Position numbers and translations under genes: made by a program. A DNA stretch of 64,000 bases from Haliotis rubra (Eukaryota): contig NW_025767734.1 of NCBI RefSeq assembly GCF_003918875.1, positions 372,001 to 436,000 of the forward strand, read 5' to 3'. Of this stretch, positions 48,823 through 62,462 are shown piece after piece (position 1 is the stretch's first letter; each line of letters starts with the position of its first letter). The notes below the pieces were generated by a model. That model ran no database searches, had not been told where the DNA came from, and saw only the letters and a list, made by a program, of their open reading frames with translations.

Positions 48823-51800
48823 ATGGCAGACAAGAGCCTGAAAGTCGACCCAGTACTTGAAGCGTTAGGAGGGAGAGGGCGCTACCAGGTTATTCAATAC
48901 TTCTTATGCCTATTTTCGGGCTTCTCAACGACGTTTCAGCTCTACAATATTGTATTTGTTGGTAAGTTATATGGACTTTCTAATGACAATATATTAACAT
49001 ACTATTAAACACATGGTGGAAACAAACAAAAGAAATGCTGAAAATACTTCCATTTCATCACTTGGTTGCACCATCAATAATAGCTGTTGATAAATGATAC
49101 AAAGAAGATACTTATGTTTGGAATATGGGACATTCTCATTAATTCTCTCCATTCTCTGCAGGTAGATACATACCCCACACCTGTAAGGAACCGGCCAATA
49201 TATCTGATATCTACCAGGTCATTGAGAATGAACTCTTTCAAGCCAACAACAGTAAGATCTACTTTGAGAAATGTAACATACGGGTTGAAGCCAACATTTC
49301 TGGCGATATCTCCACCTCCGTCTTGTCCTGTATCTATGGATATGAATACGAGGCTGGGAAAGATACTTCACTGATGTCTGATGTAAGTCTGGTTTTGTCT
49401 TTGATGTGAACACGCAGGAGCATGCTTGTGTCTTAATTGTTTGAAAACATTTCGAAAATAGTGTAAATGTGAAAATGCAAACAGAAAAAGAGAAGCTTTT
49501 GAGTATACTGACATTCCTGTACTACGACCTTTAAGTGTGTGTTTGCATGTATCATATACGAGTGGAGAAGAAATCGATACATGTTAAAAATGTTCACCTT
49601 TAATGGCGGAATACAACACAATATTCCCTTTACAGGCAACCATACATTCTACTCACTGCTTGTTACACGAACTGACTTTAATGATAGGTCTCTGATACTG
49701 ATATTTCAGTCGTGAATGAACTCGAGATCACTTATGGAACCAACAATTGATATGCTGTGTGTTGTTGAAACTGTTTTAAAAGAAGGTCCAGTCTATTTGC
49801 AGATGGACGTCGTCTGTGACAGAGCACATCTACGTGGTCTTGCCCAGACACTCCTCATCATTGGTCAGGGGATTGGTGCCTTTGTCCTTCCTGTCTTCTC
49901 GGACCGGTACGGACGTCGCCCAGTCTTCCTATTCTCGCATTTCTGTTTTCTGGCGATAGGCGTGAGTGTGGCCTTCGCCCCAAACTACACTGCATTTCTC
50001 GTATTACGTCTGTTCTTGGGCTTACTACAACAGGTGAGCGGACCAGTATTTACCACATAAACATCATACAGGGGTACCTTACACCAGAGTCTCTGCGCGC
50101 GCACACACACACACACATTCATACATATCGTTGCACTAAAACCCAAATGAAACAGCGCTGGTTGTGCCTTGTGACATTATTGAAAGGTTTATCGATCTGC
50201 AATCGGGATTCAGCATAATGTTCTTTCCTCAAGGTGCAGTATATATTCAAATAATCGGGTTTTTACATCAGTTTCTCATCACATGCATACCATGCATTGA
50301 GTGAGTGATTTTAGTTTTACGCCGCACTCAGCAATAATCCAGCTATATGGCGGCGGTCTGTAAATTATCGAGTCTGGACCAGACAATCCAGTGATCAACA
50401 GCATTAGCTTCGATCTACGCAATTGGGAACCGATGACATGTGTGAACGCAGTCAGCAAGCCTAACCACCCGATCCCGTTAGTTACGAGAAGCATGGGTTG
50501 CTGAAGATCAATTTTAACCCGGATCTTTACGGGTCGAGAGAACGAGAGGGTGATTTCGGCGGAATCAGTAGCTTGTTTATCTTGGGTATTCCAAACAACA
50601 GCCTGCTACCCTATGTACCCCTTGTCGACGTTGAATGAGTAGATCACGCGGAAGACCCGGGATCGAATCCCCAAATGGGTACATTGTGTGAAGCCCATTT
50701 CTGGTGTCCCCCGCCGTGATGTTGCTGGAATATTGCTAACAGCGGCATAAAACCAAACTCAGTCTGTCAGTCAGTGAATGAGTAGAAACATGATTGCGAC
50801 TGTCCCTTTTCCCAATCAGGTATTCAACATTTTGAGTGGTGTAATGAAAGGCCTTGATTGAGTGATCCTTGACAGTATGTCCTAAATTCTTTGTTCAGAG
50901 GGAGCGATAACTAACTATATTGATAGATACAGATGTGAAAGTGTCATTTACCATGAGTATGATACACGGGGTCAGTATGCAGCCAATTCATATGCTTTGT
51001 AATTCATTGACCGTTATCATGTGTCCTACTCTTTATGTATGCAAGCACACGGGAGCATATATTTGGCACGTGAGTGTGCACATGAACGCATAGTTGTATA
51101 ATGTAGTACACAGCTTTTGACACATGAAAACAATCCGGTGATCAACAGCATGAGCATCGATCTGCGCAATTGGGAACCGATGACATGTGTCAACCAAGTC
51201 AGCAAGTCTGACCTGCCGATCCCGTTAGTCGCCTCTTACGACAAGCATGGGTTACTGAAGATCAATATTCTAACACGGACCTTCACGGGTCACCATGCAT
51301 TGAAAGTGTGAACAACTACTTCGTTAGGACAAACTGAATGGGCGCTTTAAACAAAGTAAGGCTTGTTAATCGCGAGACTTACTTCAACTTATTACTCATA
51401 TTTGGAAACGACAGTACCTGTTAGCATGCAACCAAATATGATAACATCAACACAAAAATAATAGCATCCTCATCTTGATTTCACAATTGACACATTGCTT
51501 GAGCGGAATGTATTGCTAACTTCTTTAAATGGATTGGATGTCACGCGGATAAGTAATTACTGTACTATACTCATGGAAACAAATAAGGGAGCACATGAAA
51601 GTCCAAGTGTTCCTTTATTCTTTTCCAGCTTTCTTCACAATGTATTTATTGTACTGTGGGTGAAACACTTGTACTTTCAAATGTTCCTTTATTTGTTTCC
51701 ATGAGTATATTTTCATTTGTTTTTCCGGAAGGTAAGACATTTCAGATTTTGTCATTTCCATCTTTGCAGGGTCTTGTCATGACAAAACACACCATTGGCA

Positions 51801-54800
51801 TTGAGATGTTCCCCACACGTCATCGAAAACTCAGCGGACTTTTAAACAGCTTCGTATTGTCTTGTTGCACCGCATTAATCGCTCTGATCGCCTACCTGAT
51901 GCAGTCCTACTCCTGGAGAACAACACAGCTTGTCTATTCCTCAGTGTCTTTAGTGGCCGTCGTTCAATACTTGTACGTTTTTGACCAGTGCAAAGTGCTT
52001 ATCTCAGTGTTCCGAAGAAGACTAGTACCTAGTGCGTGTCGTAAGATCAACGTCTCCATTATCTAAAATCATCCACTTGGTTGTATAGACATTACCTTCT
52101 TCTAACCTGATGAAAAATTCATATCTTAAAGTCTATTTGTGGACGAGTTATACATAATTGAAAATACAACATTTTCGCAACAGATTTCTGGGTTATGCGT
52201 TTCCTTTTTGGAATAGTATATATACGGGTGTGTGTATATATGTACTTGGTATAATCATGTTTTCATTACCTTAATTCATCATGGCCTGTAATACACACGC
52301 ACGCACGCACGCACGCACGCACGCGCGCACACACACGTGTGTATACATATATATAATATGTATATAAGGTGTTATTGTACTCGATTAAAATATTGTTTTA
52401 ACACAATACTTTACCACTAGCTGCATAGAAAATTGGGAATATATTTTACAGTTTCCTTGACGAATCTCTCTCGTGGCTGATCACCAACAAGAAGTCCAAG
52501 CAGATCGCAAAGATTCTCAAGAAAGCAGCTCGTTTCAACGGTAAGGACTATGAAAACGTCATGAATGTTTACAAGAACCTACAGAAACAACAGGTATCCT
52601 TACTTGAAGGAGAAGATACAGGTGAACGTAGGAAGAGGTCGACCTCAAAGGAGAAGGACACAGTAAAACCATCATTTTTGGACCTCATGAAAAGAAAACG
52701 GCTGGCAGCAAATGTATTTGTCTTGTGGTTTACATGGTATGTTCATCATGGTTTTATTACCTCAATTCATCATTGCCTGTTGTCAATACTTGGTATGTTC
52801 ATCATGTTTTTATTACCTCAATTCATCATTGCCTGGTGTCAATACTTGGTATGTTCATCATGGTTTTATTACCTCAATTCATCATTGCCTGTTGTCAATA
52901 CTTGGTATGTTCATCATGTTTTTATTACCTCATATCAAAATGGCCTGTTGACAATACTTGGTATGTTCATCATGTTTTTATTAATTCAATTCTTCATGGT
53001 CTGTTGTCAATACCTGGAATAGTCATCATGTTTTCATTACCTCATTTCATCATGGCCTGTTGTCAATACCTGGTATAGTCACAATGTTTTCATTACCTCA
53101 ATTCATCATGGCCTGTTGTCAATACCTGGTATAGTCATCATGGTCAAGCTCGTTGACTTGGTTGACGTATTTCATCGTATCCAAATTACGCAGATCGATG
53201 CTTATACTGTTGATCACTGGATTGCCTGGTCCAGACTCGTTATTTACAGACCGCCGCCATATAGCTGGAATATTGCAGAGTGCGGCATAAAACTTAACTC
53301 ACTCACACATTCACATAGATCTGTTTTTAACAAAGAGGGCAAAATTCAAACTAGTGTTCCTCTTATGTACAAATGTTGTTTCAGGATGACCGACAGTTTG
53401 ACAGTGTTTGGCCTCATCTTTACCTCACATCGTCTAGCTGGCAACCATTACATCAATTTCGTTCTCTTCGCTGTGGTGAAGTTTCCTCCCGTGTTCCTCT
53501 TTTACCTCATGGTAGACAGGTTTGTTTTTGTTGCTATTGCTCCTTGCACCAAGTACTGAGCTCAAAGAACTGCAGGGAGGTTTGAACACGATAGCCAGCT
53601 CACGTCGGTGAACATGAGGAATAAACCCCTCTATGTCCATCTTTGGAATGAAACTGTACAAAGTTGTGGCAATGCAATTGGGATATCATTCAACATTCTT
53701 AGCTTTTGAAAGTACCGATGATGTTCGAAGGTTCAAATATCAGCTTCGCCGGAATCAGCGCCATACCCATGAGTAAATGGACAAAATCGTTTTAGTCGCC
53801 TGTGTAATAGAAAATGCTTCGGCATACATAGTGCTTTAACGCCATCCCTGGTTCTCTTAAAATTCTTATATGAAATGGTAGGAGGCACTTTGTGATAATT
53901 CATGTTCATCTTTTCAAGGTGTGGACGTAAGACAACAAGCATCGTTCTTCACGGAATAGCTGCCGTTGCCCTAATTTCGGCCACAGTCTGCAAATCAACA
54001 GGCAGTATGTTAGTTAGTTGGTAGTTCATGTAGCTCCCATTGATGTGCAGCATTTCACTGTGTCTATCTTTGTTGTTTATCTCTTCTGACCACCTACAGT
54101 TTCACCGCTTTACAAAGTCATAATCTGTAATATATATACCATAACAAATCTGGTTACCAGACGGAAGCCAGGCGTCCGACATTGCTGTAACAGTCCTGTC
54201 TTGTCTCGGGATGGCCGGAGGGACAGGCGCCTGGACGACCATGTTCTTCTTTACGCCGGAATTATTCCCGACCAATCTCAGGCAAGGAACTTTCTTTTAT
54301 CTCGCAAAGCAAACAAAATTGTATATTGCACCAATATGTCTTGTACATAATGATCCGCCTTTCGTTTACGAATGGTGCTTAAAGGGGCTATAATTCTCCA
54401 TTATAGAATCAGAATTCTAATGTCTTATGATTATAGAAAGTAAGGTTTTTTAATTATTGCTGTGCAATCCTGAGACGACAGGTCAGTATTCAGTGTAAGT
54501 ATCATAGAGCCTAATATTGACTAAGACAAGAATTTCTGTCCTGTTCTTAGAAATAAAGGACTTGGAATTTCTTCAGCCTTTTCAAGATTTGGAGGCATGT
54601 TGGCACCGTTCGCAAGTCTTCTGGTACGTTCTTTGATTGCTTTTGACAAAATGAAAGATTTGGCATCAAATTCAGGTTTCAAGTGAATGTAAAAACAGAA
54701 ATGAATTGCATTCCTTCTACTGATTTAGCCACTACAACTATAGGGCACCAGTGAACTAGTCAACTTACCCGTATTGTTGAGCAGTATTCCAGCTGCTCCG

Positions 54801-55482
54801 GCCTTTAGTGTCTAGATTTCACAAATTGTGAGTTCTAGCATGTTCATTCTATAAAATGTCGCAGAGTGTCATACGATGCTTGTTCACAAGTTGTTTATTC
54901 AAGGTCACAGCGTACAAGCAGTATAGTTTTTAAAGGGTTTAACGCTTTGATGAGAGATTTGCTGAAATTGTTTATAATAATTGTAATAATAAGAAAGACC
55001 ATGTCGCGTTTTTATGATTATAAATACTTTTAAACACAGGTAACACAATTATACAAGCAGACGACAAACAGGCCATTGTAAATATCTCGACGGAAGGGAT
55101 ATACAATAAGAGCTATCTTTACTCGAATTACGATTACGAACTTAATCATAGAACATGCACGTTATACAATATGCACATGGCCAATACACTACAGCTTGTA
55201 TATTGTTATTTGGTTTACATACAATACGTGTCATTGCCGATTGTCTCATATGAAAGTTTAATGCACCAATCTACGCCACCACAGGCTGAACACGTGGAGT
55301 GGGCCCCTGGAACCATCTTCGGAGTGTGCTGTCTCCTGGTTACCGTCCTCCTGAACGTCCTTCCAGAGACGATGGGGAGAGAACTCCCGCAAACCGTGGA
55401 TGACGTGGAAGCATGGCATAAAAAGACAGACGACAAAACAGCTAAAGATATGGACATTCTTCCCATGCAAGCTGATACTTAG
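48823..55482 (+). CDS. SLC22-family gene, copy D, 10 coding exons, 563 aa (more diverged paralogue)
   Basis: Exons 48823-48961, 49162-49382, 49803-50033, 51770-51972, 52452-52736, 53385-53519, 53919-54004, 54161-54281 (GC donor), 54551-54623, 55285-55482. Total 1692 nt, open; same intron positions and phases as A/C. Confidence 0.9.
50298..50535 (-). mobile_element. SINE-like family 2
   Basis: Reverse complement of the family sequence with ACTC tail. Confidence 0.88.
50644..50774 (+). mobile_element. 5'-truncated tRNA SINE, family 1
   Basis: TSD tgaatgagtaga. Confidence 0.85.
51130..51291 (-). mobile_element. SINE-like family 2, 3' part lost
   Basis: Head present on the minus strand. Confidence 0.85.
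52052..52222 (+). mobile_element. Right end of the Tc1-like family seen at 10247-11124
   Basis: Matches ~10959-11127 including the TIR. Confidence 0.8.
52735..53142 (+). repeat. 56-bp minisatellite (~7.3 units) starting at the exon 5/intron 5 junction of D
   Basis: Unit tggtatgttcatcatggttttattacctcaattcatcattgcctgttgtcaatact at 52735, 52791, 52847, 52903, 52959 and onward. Confidence 0.95.
53143..53308 (+). mobile_element. SINE-like family 2, 5'-truncated
   Basis: Body and tail of family 2. Confidence 0.85.
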
Positions 55483-55653
55483 GCCTCAAGTTGGACTGTA
55501 AACATTAATGTACATAAGTTAAGCAGTTTGTCATGTCCCATTTAATAATCATAACAACTGTGCTATATTCAATTTCTTCAACTTATCATAAGTGTGTATT
55601 TGTGAAATACTATCAGTTAATGGCGACACAAGAGAAAGAACCCTGTCCAACTT

Positions 55654-55742
55654 CCCAGATAGCATTCATACGTTGGCCTCAACGTTGGCAATGGTTTTGC
55701 CAACATTGCCAACGTTGGGCCAACGTCAGAATGCTTGCTCGG
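55654..55742. mobile_element. Small palindromic MITE (CCCAG-type ends) downstream of D
   Basis: cccagatagcatt...acgttggc...gccaacgt...aatgcttgctcgg. Confidence 0.5.
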
Positions 55743-56129
55743 TTGTGCCATCTGCAAAAAGCACAGAAACAGTACAGACTAAAGTCTTGGTTGGTTGGTT
55801 TTATAGTTTTAGGGCGACGTGGGCCAATAAGAGGCCTATTTGCGCCCAACACATTGACTTGATTTAATAAACAATCATATGTAATTTCATCGCCAAAAGG
55901 AATCGTTTAGCTAAGATAAAAGAAACGACAACACTATTAATTTGGATAGATGTATACATATATGGAATAACCTCTGCTTCGTGTTACGGATTAAAAACCT
56001 TAAGTAATCACTTCCATTTCTGAAACATGAAATACTCATTCAATAAAAAAGCAGTAGGTTCAGATGACAGAGTGTTAAAATGATTTAAAACCACAGAACT
56101 AAATCTGTCTAAGCCATTCGAGAGCCTGT

Positions 56130-59100
56130 CTAGATTACATCATATTTTCCAGATGACGAGACAAAATCTAAAACTGCCCGCTGCACAGACCCATACATGA
56201 TATTGGGGCCCAAAACTGTTTCTAATGAGAATACATCATCAACCTCAAGTACAGCACTTCTGAGATTTTGTCTTATGTTGTTATGCCCAGGGCATGTAAT
56301 TAGATAATGTTCGATGTTTTCAGGCGTCTCCAAATTGCAATGGCCACATTTAGAAGAGACCGTCTTATCTATAATACTCCTGTAGGCATTTAGCCCACAG
56401 TGTCCAAGTCTTAGACGTGAAAGAATAACCTCATCACGCCTTTTACGACGACGAATTTTATGACCAGATTTTAGTGATGGTCTAAGTTTGTACATATGTC
56501 GGCCGGTAGTACCTGTATCCCACAACTGTTGCCAACTCCTTGTAACAGATTTCGATAAAACATTTTCATAATCTTTAGGGATTGGTTGAAATTTAAATAA
56601 ATCAACTTCAGGAAACTGTAACCCGGATTTGGCCAAATTATCTGCAATCTCATTCCCATGTATTCCAACATGTGCTGGGACCCACACAATGTCGCATGCA
56701 ATATACTTCATGTTTAACGATGTATCCAACTTTAATATCTCATGCACAATGTCATCTCTAGATCCATTTGCACCAGCTTCTATAGCTTTGATTGCTGCCA
56801 TAGAATCTGTAAAGATAATTGCTTCATGGTCATGTTCATCTACCCATCTCAATGCTTGCAAAATGGACAAAGGTTCAGCTGATAGCAGAAAGATAATCAG
56901 GGAATCTGAACACCTTAGCGATCGATAAATTGGGTATCCAAAAAGCCCCAGCAGTACGATTATTGGATGGTTCTTTCGATGCATCAGTGTATATATGTGT
57001 GAAATTAGAATAATTTTCAGACAGAAAGTCTTGAGTTATCACTTTTATTATGTTTTGGTCCATTCTCTTATTCACGATTAAATTGAGTTCCGAATTCAAT
57101 CCAGGCTTCAGCAGAACCCACGGAGGTGTGACAGGCGGAGCAGAAGGATCAACTGGGTTACAGTTGTAGATACCATGTTGATCAGCTAATCTCTGAATAT
57201 TCAAGCCAAAGGGTAATTTGCCATGAGTCCAGTCACACATGACATATTCCACACAGTCATTAACAATCTCAGTGACTGCGTGGTGTTTGTTCTTGGTTTT
57301 CATTTTCAAGAAATATTTCAAAGATACCTGTTGTCTTCGAAGGTGAAGGGGCATTTCTGAACACTCAACTTGAAGAGCTGAGGTTGGAGTTGTACAATAT
57401 GCACCAGTGCATATTCTCAAAGCTTTAGACTGAATTCTATCAAGCTTATTAAGATGACATTTAGCCGCCGACATATACACCTGACAACCATAGTCAAGTC
57501 TGGACAAGATAAGGGCCTTGTACAGCAATAACATAGTTGACTTATCAGCGCCCCACTTTGTTTTTTGAAATACACTTTAATAGATTGATGATCTTGTTAC
57601 ATGTGTTATACAAATGTGTGATGTGATGAGACCATGTTAATCTTTGATCAAAATACACACCAAGAAATTTGAACACTGACACCATTTCCAGTTTATGATG
57701 TCCAAGAGATAAACTGATATCATGAGGGATCTTACGTCTTGTGATCATCATTGCCACTGATTTTGATTTTGAAATCTTAAACCCCCATTTTGAACACCAT
57801 GTACTGACTTTACTTAAGCAGTTTTGTATAGATTCTATGACAAACTGAAAATTACCAAAGCGTCTCCAAAACGATCCGTCATCAGCAAACTGTGCTGCAT
57901 TTATGTTTAGAGGCAGGTCCTCGAAAATGTCATTGATCATAATATTAAATAAAACTGGACTTATTACACTTCCTTGTGGGGTACCATTTTCAGTCATATG
58001 CACGCCTGACAGTTCTTGACATATGCGAACTTGAATGGTTCTTTCGGACAAAAAATGACCATATCCACTTGAACATGTTGCCTCTAATTCCAAGTTTACA
58101 CAATTTAAAAAGCAAACCATTTCTCCAAATCATGTCATAAGCCTTTTCGATATCAAGGAATACACACAACATGTATTCCTGGTTGCATAAAGCTTTCTGT
58201 GCTTCAGTTTCCAGACGAACATGCTGATCTATACATGAACGCCCCTTTCTGAATCCTGACTGGATGTGAGTAAGAAGCTCATTTCGTTCAAGATAATAGT
58301 TCAGGCGGGTAGTAACTATTCTCTCCATGATTTTACATAAATTAGAAGTGAGAGCAATCGGTCTATATGATGCAGGAAGCGATGGATCTTTTCCTGGTTT
58401 GGGCACTGGAACTATTATTGCATGTCTCCATGTCGTAGGCAAGGATCCAGAACACCAACTTAAGTTCAATAGTTCCCGAATAACAGCTAGAGAAGAATCT
58501 GGCATATGCTTAAACATTTCATAACACAACTCATCCGCGCCTGGTGCCGAATTATGTGTTCTTGATATGGCTGCCTTAAGTTCATCATGAGTGATAGCTG
58601 TATTGATTTCCAAGCTACTTTCCAACATGGCAGAAGACATTTCAGGAATAAAATTTGTTTCAAAAACTTGTGTATATTCTCTGAATTCATGACAATAATT
58701 TTCAGAACTGCTAACAGATTTAAATTGCTTAACAAGGGCATTTACTTTCTTACTTTTTGATACGAGTTCTCCAGCTTCTCCCATTACCGGTATAGGTGAA
58801 CGAATATTATTTCCACCGATCGTTTTCACCTTGGACCAGATACTAGTTAATGATGTAAATCTATTAATATTAGAAATATATTCCCTCCAGCTCAACCGTT
58901 TTGTACTCCGTACAATACGTTGGAACGTAGCTCGTTTCTTACGAAAATCAGCCAAATCACATGGCAATGACGAGTGGCGAACCTTATTATATGCTTTTTT
59001 CCTTGCGATATTGGCTTTTTCACAAGCTGTCATTCCACCAGGACTTTGGCGGGAATGCCGCTTTCTTAACAGACGATTTTCCAATGGACTCTTCTGCAAT

Positions 59101-59958
59101 TCTTATTAATTGTGTTGTGATATTTTCATTAGACATATTAACATCACCATTTATAAGATCGGGTGTGATATGTTCAGTACACAGACTAGAAAAAAGGGCC
59201 CAATTAGCCTTCTTGAATTTCCACCGAGGGACTTTATCACAAGAATCACGATATGGTCGAACCTGAATTTCAGTAAAAACAGGAAAGTGGTCACTACCTA
59301 ATGCATCTTCCTGAAATACATCCCAGTTACACTTACTGGCTATGTGTGATGATATCATTGATAGATCTAAAGGAGAAAAAGTCCATTTGCCAAGATCCAT
59401 GCGGGTCATTTTACCATCGTTTAAAAGGACAAGATCTGCTTCATCTAAAAATTGTTCAACAATCCGACCATTATAATCTGTCTTGTTGCTTCCCCAAAAC
59501 ATATTATGGCTGTTGAAGTCCCCACATATAAAATATGGGCCTCCATTGGGATCAATTAATTTCAGATATTCATCTACGTTTGGCTTACCTGTATTATAAA
59601 TATTAACAATAGTAATGACTTTATCTTCCTCATAATGAAGTTTTACTGCGTTAGCCTCATACACTGTATTTGGTAATTCTTGAACCTGATACGACAAATC
59701 AGTCTTAATAAATATAGCGCAACCACCTCTCCGAGGATTTTTAGTATTCGGATTGCTGGTTAGTCTGTCCTGACGTAGACCAAAATAGCCATTAATTCTA
59801 AAATGACTCTCTGGCCAAAGAAAAGTTTCCTGTACACAAATAACATCTGGCAGTGGTGACCTATTTGATAGAAAATGCTTTAAATTATCCCCATGTGCAA
59901 CGAGACTTTGTGCATTCCATTGCATTATGGTCAAGAATACTAATGCTTTATCCATCAT
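56130..59958 (-). pseudogene. LINE ORF2 (AP endonuclease, RT, RNase H, Zn knuckle) with 4 frameshifts
   Basis: QWNAQS, VQET, GDFNSH, GSDHFP; YRPIALTS, FLDIEKAYD, GTPQGSVISP, FADD; YTDAS, FTDS, WVPAHVGIHGNE; CGHC...HYLITC. Confidence 0.93.
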
Positions 59959-61137
59959 TCATCTCCACATGTACCTCAGTCAACAGATCACTAGGAACAT
60001 CGATGTGAAGATGTATTTTTGCCGCCGACACAAGACGATTAATCTGTTCCTCTTTGGTTGTTGCATTAAAGCATCCTGAAATCACCTCAAACAAGAACGT
60101 TAAAAAGGTTTGAGGAGAAGTACTAAGAAATGGATTGGCTACCTGTGGAGAGCTGACTTGAGCTGTAACAGATGGATTTGATACACTCTGGCTTAAATTT
60201 GACTCTCGTGACTGACATTTACAAATACAGGTAGGGTTAGACCCAGATGTAGCTGCAACAGGAACAGGACGGGTTCCAACTGTTGTTTGTGAGGCTTGTA
60301 CCGACACAGATCGTGATTCTGAGCGGCGGTTACAGTAGCTGCATAAGATGGAGCTGGAGTGGACTTGACTATACGAGTTGCTTCAGCATAAGACAGTTTA
60401 CTCTCTACTCGTACCCTTTGCACAGATACTGCCTCCTTGTATTTCTCACATCCCTTGTAGGCAGCACTGTGGCTACCACCACAATTGCAACACTTCGATA
60501 CTGTTTCCGAACAATTTTCTACTTTGTGCTCACCACTGCACCTGGGACATACAGGCTTTTTACTTTTACATCGTGTTGAAACATGGCCATATTTCTGGCA
60601 ATTGTAGCATCTAATAGCTGGTGGGATATACAGACGCACTCGAAAGGACTGATAATACATCCTAACACGTTCAGGCAAATGTGGGGTTGAGAAAGTAAGA
60701 AGAATGGAAGTAGTAAGTTCCTTTTCTTTTCCACGCAAAAGTCTTTGGGCACTTTTAACCTTTTGACTTCTCAATTGCTCAACTATCTCATCCTCATTTA
60801 CATCTGTGTCAACATTGTAAATAACTCCCTTAGATTCACTAAGACTCTTAGGGACAGAACTCTTAACACGAACGTCACAGACACACGCTACATTCAGTGC
60901 AAGGTTAAGTTGCTCAGCAGACCTGCAGTGTATCACTAAATCTCCCTTTTCCAGTTTTTTCATATACTCCACATCGCCAATGTTTTTATGGATATCCCGA
61001 GCCAAAGCAATTGGACTCAAGTTTGTCAAACGTAATCTTGGGTAAACAGAAAGTCTTGTAGTTTTCATCGTACCAGTTACCTCCCTTAGTTTCTTGACAG
61101 TGGGGCTGTCCAGTTGTACCGGACACTGTTTTCTCAC
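59948..61137 (-). pseudogene. LINE ORF1 (gag-like nucleic-acid-binding protein), one frameshift near 60300
   Basis: CYNCQKYGHVSTRC, CPRCSGEHKVENC, CCNCGGSHSAAYKGC, LSYAEA; its end overlaps the ORF2 ATG. Confidence 0.88.
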
Positions 61138-61267
61138 AAAGTTCTTTGAAAGAGAATTTTAGATACTGTATCTTTGGTCAATAAAGATTACAGCACAGAT
61201 ATAAGACTTACATACTTACATAAGCTACTACATCGATTAAGTAACAATGTGGATTATTCGATTTCAT

Positions 61268-61780
61268 AGCCCAATGGTTAAAGCGTGCGCTCATCACGCT
61301 GAGAAATAGGGGTTCGATTTCACACATGGGTACAATGTGTGAAGACCGCCTCCGTGGCGTAGTGGTTAGAGCGTCCGCCTGGAGAACGGAAGGTCGCGGG
61401 TTCGATCCCCGACCGCGTTATACCAAAAGACGTTAAAATATGGTACTTGCTGGTCCCTGCCTGGCGCTCGGCATTAATGGGTACAACAAGGACTGGTCGG
61501 CTCGGAGTCAGTATAATGTGTCCGAGTGGGGTATCCATGCTTCACTGCCGCATGGTATCTCAGTGGGCTGGCACTATGAAACCAGCTTCAGTCTGGGCTA
61601 GTACAAGCAGCCGCACATACACACACACACGCATGCACATCGTCATATGAGCGAAATATTCTCAAGCACGACGTTAAATCAAATTTCACCTCACAATGTG
61701 TGAAGCCCATTTCTGGTGTCCCCCGCCGTGATATTGCTGGAATATTGCTGAAAGCGACGTAAAACCATACTCACTCACGC
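61268..61780 (+). mobile_element. tRNA SINE family 1 split by a nested SINE
   Basis: Head 61268-61344, remainder 61693-61780. Confidence 0.85.
61345..61692 (+). mobile_element. tRNA-derived SINE with Meta-like body
   Basis: A/B boxes (tggcgtagtgg, ggttcgatccc); ataccaaaagacgttaaaatatggtacttgctggtccctgcctggcgctcggca; 13-bp TSD acaatgtgtgaag. Confidence 0.85.
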
Positions 61781-62462
61781 AAGACAGCTCGCAGCAAACA
61801 GACGCTAGTCCGTATTCTCGAATTCAACGACCGATCTCAAACTTCTTTGCGCCGCCAAATTCGAGATGACAAAGATGATGGCACACCTTCGATGACAAGG
61901 CCCATCCCAGCATCTTCGAGTTATTCTTATTCCCTGTGGCCGAATATATAGGAACCAAACTGAAGTGCAGCAGAATGGTGGTCAGCGTGCGCCGTCGAAA
62001 AAGACATCAAATTCAGGATAATCCCAACTTCAAAGTGTCAACTAAATGTTCAACTAGTTAGTAGGGAGACTTATGCGTTCGTGTCGGCCATGTAATCAAA
62101 CATCTAACTTAGCAATCCTGACTGATTTCGACAGAAATTCACAAGACGTCCGAGTGGGGATTCGTGAACACGCAGTTGGTCACTGCCCTGTGATTAAACC
62201 ATGAGAGGTCCATAGTCCCACGACCTAGTTATAGCCTTAAAGTATATGTGCTTCGTGACCCTATTAATTATTAACGTGTTCATTCACGTTTGAAACTATA
62301 AGTAAACAACACAGACATCTGATAAATTAATGACTGTATCCTAACTGATGACTTAGGATGAAAAGTAATGTATGTATGCGCATACACATTTGAATGGCAG
62401 GGAGGTTTGTCCTGTCAACGTATTCATATCGACGTTAACATTCCATCGACAAAGCTGCTGCA

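Larger units (their letters stand above)
55787..61260 (-). mobile_element. Near full-length I-group (Nimb-like) LINE with RNase H
   Basis: ORF1 with three CCHC knuckles, ORF2 APE-RT-RNaseH-CCHC, (CCAA)n tail at ~55787. 5' boundary uncertain. Confidence 0.93.
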
